From the NCBI GenBank assembly GCA_002104945.1, contig MCFH01000039.1:62001-126000 (forward strand): DNA of 64,000 bases, in the 5' to 3' direction. The notes below the pieces were generated by a model. The model saw only the letters and a program-made list of their open reading frames with translations, did no database searches and was not told the origin of the DNA. The DNA comes from Piromyces finnis finn (taxonomy: Eukaryota > Fungi > Neocallimastigomycota). The first letter of the stretch is position 1. The number at the start of each line of letters is the position of its first letter. Both the position numbers and the translations under genes were made by a program. Shown one piece after another: positions 39,937 to 53,023 of this stretch.

Positions 39937-40417
39937 TTGGTTTAAAATATAATAATTTATAGGTTGAACACAAGATTCAATCAAGAGCTGGTGGTCTTAA
40001 CCTTTCATTAGATCAAGTACCAAAGTTCTTAAAACCATTGGTTAGTGAATGGGCCCCAAAAGGTTTAATTGTTTCATTCAAGGTAACTCTATTTACTATA
40101 TATAATTATTATGAAATAAAAGAAAAATAATAATTTTTATTTACTTTACCTATACTTGTTTTTATATATAGTTAGAAACTGATCCTGATTTATTAATATC
40201 CAAGGCTAGACAAGCTCTTGATAGATATGGCCATCAAATTGTTATTGGAAATATGTTATTAACAAGAAAAAGAGTTGTTCATTTCATTACCAAAGATGCC
40301 GAAAGAAAAATTGAAATGAGTGATGAAGAATTAAAGAATGGAATGGAAATTGAAACAAAAATCATATCCGAATTAAAAATTAAACATGATAACTGGATTG
40401 AACAATCAAAGAATTAA
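38545..40417 (+). CDS. CAB2: Phosphopantothenate-cysteine ligase (PPCS/Cab2), 7 exons, 311 aa; intron 2 is AT-AC
   Basis: Exons 38545-38676, 38789-38877, 39097-39230, 39363-39415, 39608-39769, 39963-40082, 40172-40417. Motifs [56 protein letters not shown]. Confidence 0.92.
38878..39096 (+). other. U12-type (minor spliceosome) AT-AC intron, 219 nt
   Basis: Begins ATATCCTTT (38878-38886), the U12 5' splice-site consensus; ends ..TAAAC (AC at 39095-96). Removal restores [23 protein letters not shown]. Confidence 0.85.
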
Positions 40418-41944
40418 AATATTTAGTTTTTAAGAATTTAAAATAATAACAAGAATAACTATTTTATTCTCATAATAATAGTAATAATAATAAGAAGAAA
40501 TAAATAATTATTATGAATAATTAATATATATATAAATTATCTAAACTATATAGTAACAAATAAACAAATAAATTATATAGTATAAAAAATATACAATTTA
40601 AAATTCATATAATAATAATAATAATAAAAGAATTTATTAAAAAGCATATTATTAATAATACCAACTATCTTAATAAATGTAGTGTTATTGTTGAAATAAT
40701 TGAAAAGGATTTATGTTTTAATAAAAGTTTTTATACCCATATTATTTTAATAGTAATGTAAATTGTGTTTTTTTTTTTTTTTTTAATATTTTTTCTTAGA
40801 TAAATAGTAAATTCTTAAGGCAAAAATTAAAAATTAATATTATATTTGAATTTCTCTAACATTTAGATATTAAAAAATTTTAAATATTATAATTTTTTTT
40901 TTGTTCCTTTGGTTAGTTTCATTGAGGTGTCTTTTATTTCATACTAACCATTTACAATTTGTGTATTTATTCAAAAACAACCTTTATGACTTATACTATT
41001 TCTAGTACTAAATAAATAGGTATTTGAAATATTTTATAGGATTTCTTATATATATGTATGTTTAAAAAAACGATTATTATTATATTACTCGTAGTTCAAG
41101 TAACATATAATTTTAAATTTTAATACTATTTTAATTTTTATAATTCCGCGTTTGTACATGGTATTTGGATATAATTATAATTCATTTAATATATTTTCTC
41201 CAACCTAAATAAAGAACTTTTTTTTTTTTAAATCTATGAATTATTTCAATATTTATTGTATAATTATTAATAATAAAATTACTTTTTTTAATCAAATTAA
41301 TTATTACATTATATAATAAGATTGGTTATTATTTCATATTTCATTATAAATAATTAATAAATAACGTTTTCTTTCTATTAAAATAGTATTATTTTAGATT
41401 AATTTTTGGTTATTTAGAATATTAAACTTTTTAACTTCACCACTAAACATTAATTCATTATATTCATTATCGTTAATAATGATAATAATGAATAGAATTT
41501 TATATTAAATACACTCATTATTAATTCTATTTATTTACCCAATAGAAACACCAGATATATTTACTTTTCAATAAAGTAAAAAAGAAGAAAAAAAAAGCTG
41601 GTAATCTTAATAAATAGAATTGGTATAATGAAAATAGTTGTGCTACATTTAAATATAAAAATAATTAATGATTAAAAAAAAAAAAAAAAAGGTATATATT
41701 TGAGAAAAAAGAATAGAAAAAAAATTATAAAAAGAAAAAAAGAAAAATATATAAATAAATATTTATAAATAATAAAACTTTATATATTTGTAGATAAATT
41801 GTATTATATTATTTTTTTTTTATCATTAATAATAATAATATATAATTATTTAAAATAATTATATATATAATTTAATCCTTCTTGTAATTTTATGTGTATA
41901 TAATTATAAAAAAATTTAAATTATAATAAATATCAGAAAAAAAA

Positions 41945-44412
41945 ATGAATTATATTTATACAATTTTCTTCTTGTTCATTGCAAGTCTTTCGTTTGCTGA
42001 AGAACTTGGATTAAAGACATTAATTTTATCTACTAAAGATAGTACAGAAGTTGATGCTATTAAATTATCATTGAATTCGTATGGTATTAGGTATGATCAC
42101 ATTGAATTAAAATTAAAGGAGTTAACCGGTAACTTAACTCTTTATGATGAAAATAATAATCCAAAGTATAATATGATCGTTTTGAGTTCCGGTAAATTAA
42201 CTTTACTGGATGAATCTTTCAATTGGGTTAGTGTTTTAAATGACGAACAATGGGCATACTTGGATCAATATGAAAGAGACAATAGTATTCGTAGAATCAC
42301 TTTATCAGATTCACCAGATCCAGTTTTAGGTATTTCTATTTATGATCAAAATCGTTGGGGTACCGATAAAACACAATCTATGATAAAGGCTGATAATAGT
42401 ATTGCTGATGAAATGTTTACTAATGCTGGTATTAAATATGATGCTGCTTTAGATACTTTAGGGTAAATATGTTCATACTCATTAATAATATTGAAAAGAG
42501 GACATTTTAATAAATATATAATATTAAACATTTTGATACTATTTATATATATATTAAATATTAAATATACTAATTTTTTTTATTAATATTGTTTTATATT
42601 TTTCTATATAATAATTAATATAAATTTAATTCAAAAAAAAAAAAAGATTATATCACACACCAATATCAATTATTAATGCTACAGTTGAAACTAAGCCTAT
42701 CCTTTACTTCCAAAAAGATGATATCTATACTGAAGATACAATTGCCGCTTTATACATGAAATTACCAGATGGTAGAGAAAGATTATCTTTCTATTTTGGT
42801 TTTGGTGATTGGTCATTAAACAGTATTATATTAAATCACATATGGATTAATTGGGGTACTCGTGGTATTTATAATGGTTTCAGACGTGTTTATTTCACTG
42901 CTCATATAGATGATGTCTTTTTAGCTACCGAATTAGTAGATCCAAAAAATAATTTAGTAGAAGGTGAAGAAGTATTTAGAACCACACCAGAAGATTTTGA
43001 AAATATTAAAAAATATCAAAAAGAAATTGTTCAAAAAATGAACCCTGGTTCAGTTTTCCAAGTAGAATTAGCATTTAATGGTAATGGTATTTTAATTGAG
43101 GCTGACTACGATCAATCTTTACAAGTCTTCGGAGAAAGATTAGTTGATTTAGAATTTAAGAAAGAACCAGGACAAGGTACTTACAACTGGCCAGTACAAA
43201 ATTATCAATTTAACTTTTCTGAAAGCTTTTTAAAACAAGATCCTCTTTATACCTATTTCCAAGATAAAAAAAATAGAGAACCATTTTATTGGAGTTCTCA
43301 TACTTTTACACATGAAAATTTAGATAATGCTTCACGTTCTGATGTTGATAATGAAATTAGAGTTAATCTTGATATTGCAAAGAGATTTGACCTGGTTCAT
43401 GAAGATGGTACTTGTGAAGATTGGTGGTCTGGTGGTTCAATTATCACTCCTCAAATTTCAGGTCTCCGTAATCGTGATGCTATTGAAATCTTTAATCAAT
43501 ATGGTATTCATAGTGGAACTGGTGATCTTTCTCGTCCAACCCTTTGTAATCTTGAAAATCCTTATCTTCCATATTATACTACAATGGAAGGTAGTAATTT
43601 TGATGGTTTCCCAGTTATTCCACGTTCTCCATCCGAAATTTATTTCCATTGTAGTACTTCAGAAGAAGATACTTGGATGTATAATCAAATTTATCATAAT
43701 GTCTTTGGTCAAGATTCAGATTGGAAAACTATTATTGAACGTGAAAGTACTCGTGTTTTAACTTTAATGATGAAATTACGTCATGAAGCTCATCAATTCC
43801 ACCAAGCTAACCTTCGTAATGCAGATTTAAAACAAAAGAGTCTTCTTCAACAATGGACAGATGCAATTGTTGAAAGATATAATTCTTATGTTAACTGGCC
43901 TATGATTTCATTAAAATTGGATGATTTAGCTAAAACATTTACTGACAGAAATGAAATTGAAAATTGTAATGCTTCTTATGCCTTAGTAAAATCAGGTCAT
44001 TCTGTTACAGGAATTAAGGTTAGTGCTAAAGGAAAATGTATTGTTCCAGTAACCGTTCCATTTGAAGTTGAACGTAACAGTAAATTTAGTTATGAACAAG
44101 TTGGTAATGATCCATTAACTATTTGGGTACCATTAGATAACAGTAATGAAATCATAAATTTCAAAAATGCTTACATTTGGGGTTCAGAAATTCAAGAAAC
44201 CACCACTATCACCACCACTACTACAACTGTTGAATCAACCACTATTATTGAATTAACCACCACCACCACGACAACTACTACCACAATACCTGTTGAATCA
44301 ACTACTACCACTACTACTACTTCTTCTACAGTTATTGAACCAACAACTACTATAGAACCAACAACTATAACTACTACTTCTTCTGCAGCTGTTGAACCAA
44401 CAACCACACCAT

Positions 44413-44446
<34 letters not shown>

Positions 44447-45191
44447 AACTACTACTTCTTCTGCAGCTGTTGAACCAACAACCATATCATCTACTACTAC
44501 TACTACAACTACTACTACAACTACTACTTCTTCTGCAGCTGTTGAACCAACAACCATATCATCTACTACTACTACTACAACTACTACTACAACTACTACT
44601 TCTTCTGCAGCTGTTGAACCAACAACCATATCATCTACTACTACTACTACAACTACTACTACAACTACTACTTCTTCTGCAGCTGTTGAACCAACAACCA
44701 CACCATCTACTACTACTACAACTACAAAGAAAACAACTACAACAAAAAAATCTACTACTATTACTACCAAAAAGAGCACTACTACAAAGAAAACAACTAC
44801 AACTAAAAAATCTACTACTACTACTACCAAAAAGAACACTACTACAAAGAAAACAACTACAACTAAAAAATCTACTACTACTACTACTACTACCAAAAAG
44901 AGCACTACTACAAAGAAAACAGCTACAACTAAAAAATCTACTACTACTACTACTACTACCAAAAAGAGCACTACTACAAAGAAAACAACTACAACTAAAA
45001 AATCTACAACCAAAACGAAGACCATCACATCTACTAAAACAGTAACTAAAACTAAAACTTCAACAAAGAAAACTACAACAAAGAAATCAACTACATCTAC
45101 TAAAAAAACCAACACATCAACTAAGAAAACCACCTCAGCAACTAAAACTCGTGTTGTTGAAAATGAAGCTGTAAATGTATGTAATATTTAA
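41945..45191 (+). CDS. agd3: Secreted Agd3-like carbohydrate esterase family 18 polysaccharide deacetylase with Thr-rich stalk and Lys/Thr-rich tail, ~1020 aa (possible third exon 45304-45354)
   Basis: Exons 41945-42462 and 42647-45191 join in frame (DTLG-LYHTP). Signal peptide MNYIYTIFFLFIASLSFA; motifs LNHIWINWGTRG, HIDDVFL, SHTFTHENLDN, ITPQISGL, GDLSRP, HQFHQANLR, as recalled for Agd3. Symbol denotes similarity, not proven orthology. Confidence 0.8.
44379..44745 (+). repeat. Coding tandem repeat (SSAAVEPTT..TTTT) in the CE18 stalk
   Basis: Five units starting 44379, 44457, 44529, 44601, 44673 (78, 72, 72, 72 bp spacing). Confidence 0.9.
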
Positions 45192-46215
45192 ATATTATAT
45201 GTATATTAATATTATTACATATTTATCTATAAGTATGAATAAACTAACTTTTTTTTTTTTATTAATATTTCATATTACAATGGATTACAATATGTTATAA
45301 TAGGATTTCATTAATGATATTTTAAGTGTTATTAAAAATATATTGAAAATCTAATTTTAAAATGATCAATACAATTAAAAAAAAAATTATTCCTATTATT
45401 TATAGGATATATGATTTTATTATAATTTAAAAAGAATCCTTTACTGTGTGAATATTTATTAAACTCTCTAATTATTTATATATAATTTATAATGTAATTG
45501 TAAAAAAAGAACATTCAATGTTAAGATACCTTGAATGCTACCGAACAACTTTATCTATTTTAGTTATTTATATAAATATTAAATATATATAAATATAAAT
45601 ATATGTAAAAGATACTACATTATCATAATATTTAAAATATTAAATTATTAAAATCAATTTTTAGTGTTTTAGATCTTTCTATACATTGATAGAAATTCGA
45701 TACATTATGTATACATTACTTAAAATGTATTAAGTCTCCTATATATTTCTATTAATTAATATTTTATATATTGTTGAAAAAAAAAAGAATTTTCTATTAT
45801 TTATATTTATATATTATTAATTTAATCAATTTAATTAGTTAATTAAAAATTATATATTATAATAAATAATAAATTAATTTTAATTAAATTTTTTTTTTGG
45901 CATATAGTTCATAACCATAAAAAAAAAAGGCTTTTTTTCTCAAAAAAAAAAAAACAAACAAAAACAAACATTATTATATGAATTGTTGTTTATAAAAGAT
46001 TTAACTTTTAACAACAATATTGTTATAATATTATTTATAAAAAAAACAATAACAAGTAAAATAGTAATATTAGAAAAAAAAACTATTAATAATAGTAATA
46101 GCTATTAATAATAGTAATAATTAATCATTAAAATAAAAAAATAATAAATTAATAAAAATTCAAATCAAATCATTTTAATTATTATCAAACAATAACATAA
46201 ACAATAACATAAATA

Positions 46216-48036
46216 ATGAGAGAACAAGAATATACATTAATTGGTAATCCAGCAATTTACCAAAAAAGAATTGCAAGAAAAAGTGTACTTATAAAAAAAA
46301 TTATAGGTATAATATGTTATACAACAATAGTTATTTTCCTTACTTACTATATTACAAGTCATCAATCGTCGTCAGATAATGACAATGCTGAAGTTGATAC
46401 AAATAGAACTTATATTCATATTCCAGAAGATTCAAAATTATTTGAGCTAACCGATTTCTATCCAGTTAACGGTAATAATACTAAAGGACCTATAACAATT
46501 AATAGAGAAAAAGATAATGGCAAAAAAGTAAATTTATATGAAAAAATGGTTAATGTCACTGATAATGAGTTAGAAAACTTTTATTATGATTACGAAACTT
46601 TTGATTCTCTTGAAGATAAATTAGCAATGAAAGATGAATATTTTTGTGAATCACAAGGTTATGAAAATGAATATGAAATTAAATGTCCACTTTATTATCA
46701 TATTGTCATTGATAAATCTTTTTATGGTCGTTATGCAAGAGATTTAAAACATTGTACCGAAGGTTATGACGGAGAAAAAAAATCAAAGTCTAATTTATTA
46801 AGATCTAAGAATATGATTACTAAATGTGGTAGAGATTACACTTCAAATATAAAGGAATCTTGTGAAGGACATGAAAACTGCAAGATTTTTCCAAGTTTAT
46901 CAGAATTCAGAGATAGTTGTACCGATATTTATAAATATGTTCATATCAAATATCACTGTGAAAAAGATAAGGTATTGAAGAAATAGTTTTTTTTTTTTAA
47001 AAAATTCGATAAATTGTTATATACATATATAGAGAGAACTAAATTTAACATTTGTTTATTATATTTATGTTTTTTTTTTAAAAAAAAAATTATAGAAAAT
47101 CAAAAAACCAAATTTTGCCATAGCTATGTATGCAGATAAAATTAAAGTAAATTCTGTTTATGAAAATGCCATTAGTGAATTTTATCAATATTCTGATATT
47201 CATAATTATAAATTTTTCTTAAATCGAGAAAAATATGACAATGAAAGAAATACATATTATATGAAAATTAATACATTAATAGAAGTTGTTATCCAAGGTT
47301 TAAAAACAAAAGCATATGATTGGGTGCTGTAAGTTGACTCTATTTTAATTACTTATTACTAATATTACTAATATGTGGATGAATTTCTATTTTCATTTAC
47401 ATAGATATAAATAAAAAAATTGTTTTTTTTTTTTTTTTTTTAATAATAGATACTAAAATGTAATATGTTTAATATATTTATATTTATTCATATTTAACAA
47501 ATAGTTGGGTTGATAGTGATGCTGTTTTAACCAATCCAAATATAAAATTAGAAGCCTTTGTACCCACAGATAGCGATATTCATATACTTTTTGGAATTGA
47601 TAGAAATGGATTTAACGCTGGTGTCATTTTAATGAGAGTTCATTCATGGACTCTTAATTTTTTAATGAGAGCAAAATCATTACAATATTTCAAAAAAGAA
47701 AAAAATCTATTTTTTGTAGATCAATCTGCAATAAATAATGTTTTAGTCGGAGATCATGAAGAACGTCACTATATGATTATCCCAAGAAATTGGATTAATA
47801 GATATGTGAATCCAAACGAAGCAATAATACCAAAAGCTTTCATTTATCATCTTGCTGGACGTAATGAAAAAGAAAAGGAAGCAAATGAACTCCGTGATAA
47901 AGTATATAATGTATTAAGTACGGATCCAAAATGGTTCAGAGAATTTACAAATAAAAAACTAAGAAAGGAAGTTTTACAGTATTATGAAAAAAATAAGGAT
48001 GTAAATAATAGAAAAAAATTGGAATTCCAAATATAG
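46216..48036 (+). CDS. Type II membrane GT34 glycosyltransferase (GMA12/MNN10 family) with luminal SUEL/Gal-lectin domain, copy 1, 3 exons, 506 aa
   Basis: Exons 46216-46971, 47096-47328, 47505-48036. TM IIGIICYTTIVIFLTYYI; lectin CES..C..FYGR..C..C..C..C..DSC..YKY..YHC; GT34 YDWVLWVDSDA (DxD), GFNAGVILMR, DQSA, FIYHLAG. Confidence 0.85.
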
Positions 48037-48589
48037 AGTTGATATACTTTTAATATTTTTTAAATTTTAAAAAAATATAAGGAAAAACAAAAGATTATTT
48101 TATTATTTTTTCTTTTTACATAGAAAAAAAAATATAAAAAATGCAAATTAATTAATTAAAATTACGTTCTTTTTATATAAATATTGTTAAAAGAAAAATA
48201 TATACACCTATATTCATATTTTATACATAGAAATAAAAGAAAAATATCTATGGTTAATTTAGAACAAAAAATGTAGTTTTTAAATAATAAAAGTAAATAG
48301 TGTGAAAAAAAAAGTATTATTTTTTTTTTTCAAATATTCCAATCATATTAAGTATTAAAAATTTTAATTTAAAAATGTCACACATTGATTATTGTATAAA
48401 GTTTAGAATCAAGCCACTTTTTGTTTATAAGAAAGAAAAATAAATAATTTTAATATATTAATAAACTTTAAATATTATAAAACAAATATTATACACAATT
48501 TATTTTTAATTATTATGTTACACAAATTATTTTAATAAACTTTCTTTTAATAACTAATTTTTTGTAAGGATTGTATTTCATTCGTCAGG

Positions 48590-49365
48590 ATTCTTCAACA
48601 ATGGACAGATGCAATTGTTGAAAGATATAATTCTTATGTTAACTGGCCTATGATTTCATTAAAATTGGATGATTTAGCTAAAACATTTACTGACAGAAAT
48701 GAAATTGAAAATTGTAATGCTTCTTATGCCTTAGTAAAATCAGATCATTCTGTTACAGGAATTAAGGTTAGTGCTAAAGGAAAATGTATTGTTCCAGTAA
48801 CCGTTCCATTTGAAGTTGAACGTAACAGTAAATTTAGTTATGAACAAGTTGGTAATGATCCATTAACTATTTGGGTACCATTAGATAACAGTAATGAAAT
48901 CATAAATTTCAAAAATGCTTACATTTGGGGTTCAGAAATTCAAGAAACCACCACTATCACCACCACTACCACAATGTTGAATTAATCACTACTATTGAAT
49001 TATTTACCACCACCACTACAACTGTTGAATTAATCACTACTATTGAATTAACCACCACCACCACCACTACAACTATTGAATCAACTACTACCACTATTAC
49101 TTCTTCTACAGTTATTGAACCAACAATTATTATAGAACCAAAACCATAACTACTACTTCTTCTGTAGCTGTTGAACCAACAACCACACCATCTACTACTA
49201 CTACTACTACTACTACAACTACTACTTCTTCTGCAGCAATTGAACCAACAATCAAATTATCTATTAATGCAACTAAAAAGTCAACTACTCTCACAAAATA
49301 AACAACCTCCACCACTATAATTTATATTACAGAAAATGATGTTGTAAATATATGTAATATATCTA
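48590..49365 (+). pseudogene. 5'-truncated, frameshifted copy of the CE18 gene 3' part (module 2)
   Basis: From ~48592 matches 43844 onward almost base for base, then a deletion gives a stop at 48983-85; degraded Thr-rich tail follows. No signal peptide or catalytic core. Confidence 0.85.
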
Positions 49366-49593
49366 AAAAATAAAAGTATTAATCTATAATAATAAACTCC
49401 CTTTTTTCTTTATTATTAATATTTCACATTACAATATAATTTTATTTATAAAATTTTAAGTGTTATTAAAAATGTTATAAATCTATTATTAAACTAATAT
49501 TATAACCATTCATTAAAATGTTTTAATCCACTTTCTATCTAAATATATATATTGTATTTAAAAATCTTTTAATCAATTATTCTTTTTATATAA

Positions 49594-49830
49594 TTGGTGT
49601 ATAATATATGATATTATATTAATATAATATATTAATTTTAAATTTAAAAAAATTTAAATATAATTTAAATATATTTTTTTATTATTGGTGTATAATAAAT
49701 GATATTATATTAATATAATATATTAATTTTAAATTTAAAAAAATTTAAATATAATTTAAATATATTTTTTTATTATTGGTGTATAATAAATGATATTATA
49801 TTAATATAATATATTAATATTAAATTTAAA
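49594..49830. repeat. 91-bp tandem repeat (~2.5 copies) upstream of GT34 copy 2
   Basis: ttggtgtataat.. unit starts at 49594, 49685, 49776. Confidence 0.85.
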
Positions 49831-50195
49831 TATATTAAGTTTAATTATAAATAAAATTCTAATATATTAAGTTTAATTTTTTTTTAAATAAAACATTAAA
49901 AAAAAACAAAAACTTTTCTTCTTTTTAAAAAAGAAAACAGAACATAAATGTAATATTAAAGCTTTATATTCAGCAATAAAAATAATAGTAATAGTAATTC
50001 TTAATATTATTTATAAAAAAAAAAAACAATAACAAGTAAAATAGTAATATTAGAAAAAAAAACTATTAATAATAGTAATAGCTATTAATAATAGTAATAA
50101 TTAATCATTAAAATAAAAAAATAATAAATTAATAAAAATTCAAATCAAATCATTTTAATTATTATCAAACAATAACATAAACAATAACATAAATA

Positions 50196-52016
50196 ATGAG
50201 AGAACAAGAATATACATTAATTGGTAATCCAGCAATTTACCAAAAAAGAATTGCAAGAAAAAGTGTACTTATAAAAAAAATTATAGGTATAATATGTTAT
50301 ACAACAATAGTTATTTTCCTTACTTACTATATTACAAGTCATCAATCGTCGTCAGATAATGACAATGCCGAAGTTGATACAAATAGAACTTATATTCATA
50401 TTCCAGAAGATTCAAAATTATTTGAGCTAACCGATTTCTATCCAGTTAACGGTAATAATACTAAAGGACCTATAACAATTAATAGAGAAAAAGATAATGG
50501 CAAAAAAGTAAATTTATATGAAAAAATAGTTAATATCACTGATAATGAGATAGAAAACTTTTATAATGATTACGAAACTTTTGATTCTCTTGAAGATAAA
50601 TTAGCAATGAAAGATGAATATTTTTGTGAATCACAAGGTTATAAAAATGAATATGAAATTAAATGTCCACTTTATTATCATATTGTCATTGATAAATCTT
50701 TTTATGGTCGTTATGCAAGAGATTTAAAACATTGTACCGAAGGTTATGACGGAGAAAAAAAATCAAAGTCTAATTTATTAAGATCTAAGAATATGATTAC
50801 TAAATGTGGTAGTGATTACACTTCAAATATAAAGGAATCTTGTGAAGGACATGAAAACTGCAAGATTTTTCCAAGTTTATCAGAATTCAGAGATAGTTGT
50901 ACCGATATTTATAAATATGTTCATATCAAATATCACTGTGAAAAAGATAAGGTATTGAAGAAATAGTTTTTTTTTTTTAAAAAATTCGATAAATTGTTAT
51001 ATACATATATAGAGAGAACTAAATTTAACATTTGTTTATTATATTTATGTTTTTTTTTTAAAAAAAAAATTATAGAAAATCAAAAAACCAAATTTTGCCA
51101 TAGCTATGTATGCAGATAAAATTAAAGTAAATTCTGTTTATGAAAATGCCATTAGTGAATTTTATCAATATTCTGATATTCATAATTATAAATTTTTCTT
51201 AAATCGAGAAAAATATGACAATGAAAGAAATACATATTATATGAAAATTAATACATTAATAGAAGTTGTTATCCAAGGTTTAAAAACAAAAGCATATGAT
51301 TGGGTGCTGTAAGTTGACTCTATTTTAATTACTTATTACTAATATTACTAATATGTGGATGAATTTCTATTTTCATTTACATAGATATAAATAAAAAAAT
51401 TGTTTTTTTTTTTTTTTTTTTAATAATAGATACTAAAATGTAATATGTTTAATATATTTATATTTATTCATATTTAACAAATAGTTGGGTTGATAGTGAT
51501 GCTGTTTTAACCAATCCAAATATAAAATTAGAAGCCTTTGTACCCACAGATAGCGATATTCATATACTTTTTGGAATTGATAGAAATGGATTTAACGCTG
51601 GTGTCATTTTAATGAGAGTTCATTCATGGACTCTTAATTTTTTAATGAGAGCAAAATCATTACAATATTTCAAAAAAGAAAAAAATCTATTTTTTGTAGA
51701 TCAATCTGCAATAAATAATGTTTTAGTCGGAGATCATGAAGAACGTCACTATATGATTATCCCAAGAAATTGGATTAATAGATATGTGAATCCAAACGAA
51801 GCAATAATACCAAAAGCTTTCATTTATCATCTTGCTGGACGTAATGAAAAAGAAAAGGAAGCAAATGAACTCCGTGATAAAGTATATAATGTATTAAGTA
51901 CGGATCCAAAATGGTTCAGAGAATTTACAAATAAAAAACTAAGAAAGGAAGTTTTACAGTATTATGAAAAAAATAAGGATGTAAATAATAGAAAAAAATT
52001 GGAATTCCAAATATAG
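50196..52016 (+). CDS. SUEL-lectin/GT34 glycosyltransferase, copy 2, 3 exons, 506 aa
   Basis: Exons 50196-50951, 51076-51308, 51485-52016; offset 3980 bp from copy 1; only 7 coding substitutions seen, all in exon 1. Confidence 0.85.
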
Positions 52017-53023
52017 AGTTGATATACTTTTAATATTTTTTAAATTTTAAAAAAATATAAGGAAAAACAAAAGATTATTTTATTATTTTTTCTTTTTACA
52101 TAGAAAAAAAAAATATAAAAATGCAAAAAGAAAAAAGAAAAAAATTATAATAGTATAAATTTTAAAAACTTTTTTAATTATATTATTAAATAAAAATTAT
52201 ATTAAAAGAAAAAATATATATATAATTATATTTTATTTATATTTATATATATAAGTAAAAAATATATGATTAATTTAACAGAAAATATAGATTTTAAAGT
52301 AATAAATATGATAAAAATATAAAATATATAAAAATGTCCTTAATGTTAAAAAAAAAAAACGTATATATATATATACACTTTTTTGATATTTATTATTAAT
52401 ATTTAAAAAATGTCCCCCGTTGATTTTTTGTCTTCCATGATAAATTTTATTTTTTTATCATGATGTTACACAAATTATTTTTATAAACTTTTTTGCATTA
52501 TTTTTTGCAAGTATTATATTGTTTTAGTCAAGATTATTTTCTTTGATTGTTATTTTAGTGATTACACTTTTACTGGTAAGTAACTACGACTTTAATTTTA
52601 AAACTATTAAATGTACTTTACATATTCAAGTTGATCACGATGGTATAGGAATATTTTTTTTAAAATAAACTTTATTGGAATGATACTTATAAACATACCT
52701 AAAATTTATCCAAATTTTTTGGAACATGGTTTTTATGTGGCAATGAAAAATCAACTATTTACATACAATTCAACTAAAGCTTATTTAAGAATAATGTTTT
52801 TTAATATAAAAACTGATAGTAAGGATATTAATAGTAATAATGCTAATTAGGAATCTATCACTGTTAAATTTATTGTTGAAAAATAGAAAAAATAGAATTT
52901 TTAAAAAAAAAATTTCGAAATTCAATAGTGCCAACTTTTATATCTTTGGATCGTCTTTTTCTTTCAAAATTCTCATTTTTAGTCACTCTACCATTTTTTT
53001 CTTTTTTCATAATAATTAATATA

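Noticed and set aside
43327-45133. 313-aa Val-rich antisense ORF and 144/217-aa alternate-frame ORFs in the CE18 gene
   Set aside because: ACT/ACA Thr repeats lack stops in other frames; no independent coding signal.
46026-52127. Copies 1 and 2 as a pure assembly duplication
   Set aside because: Distinct distal flanks, seven clustered substitutions and sharing of some variants with copy 3 favour a real duplication; long reads would settle it.
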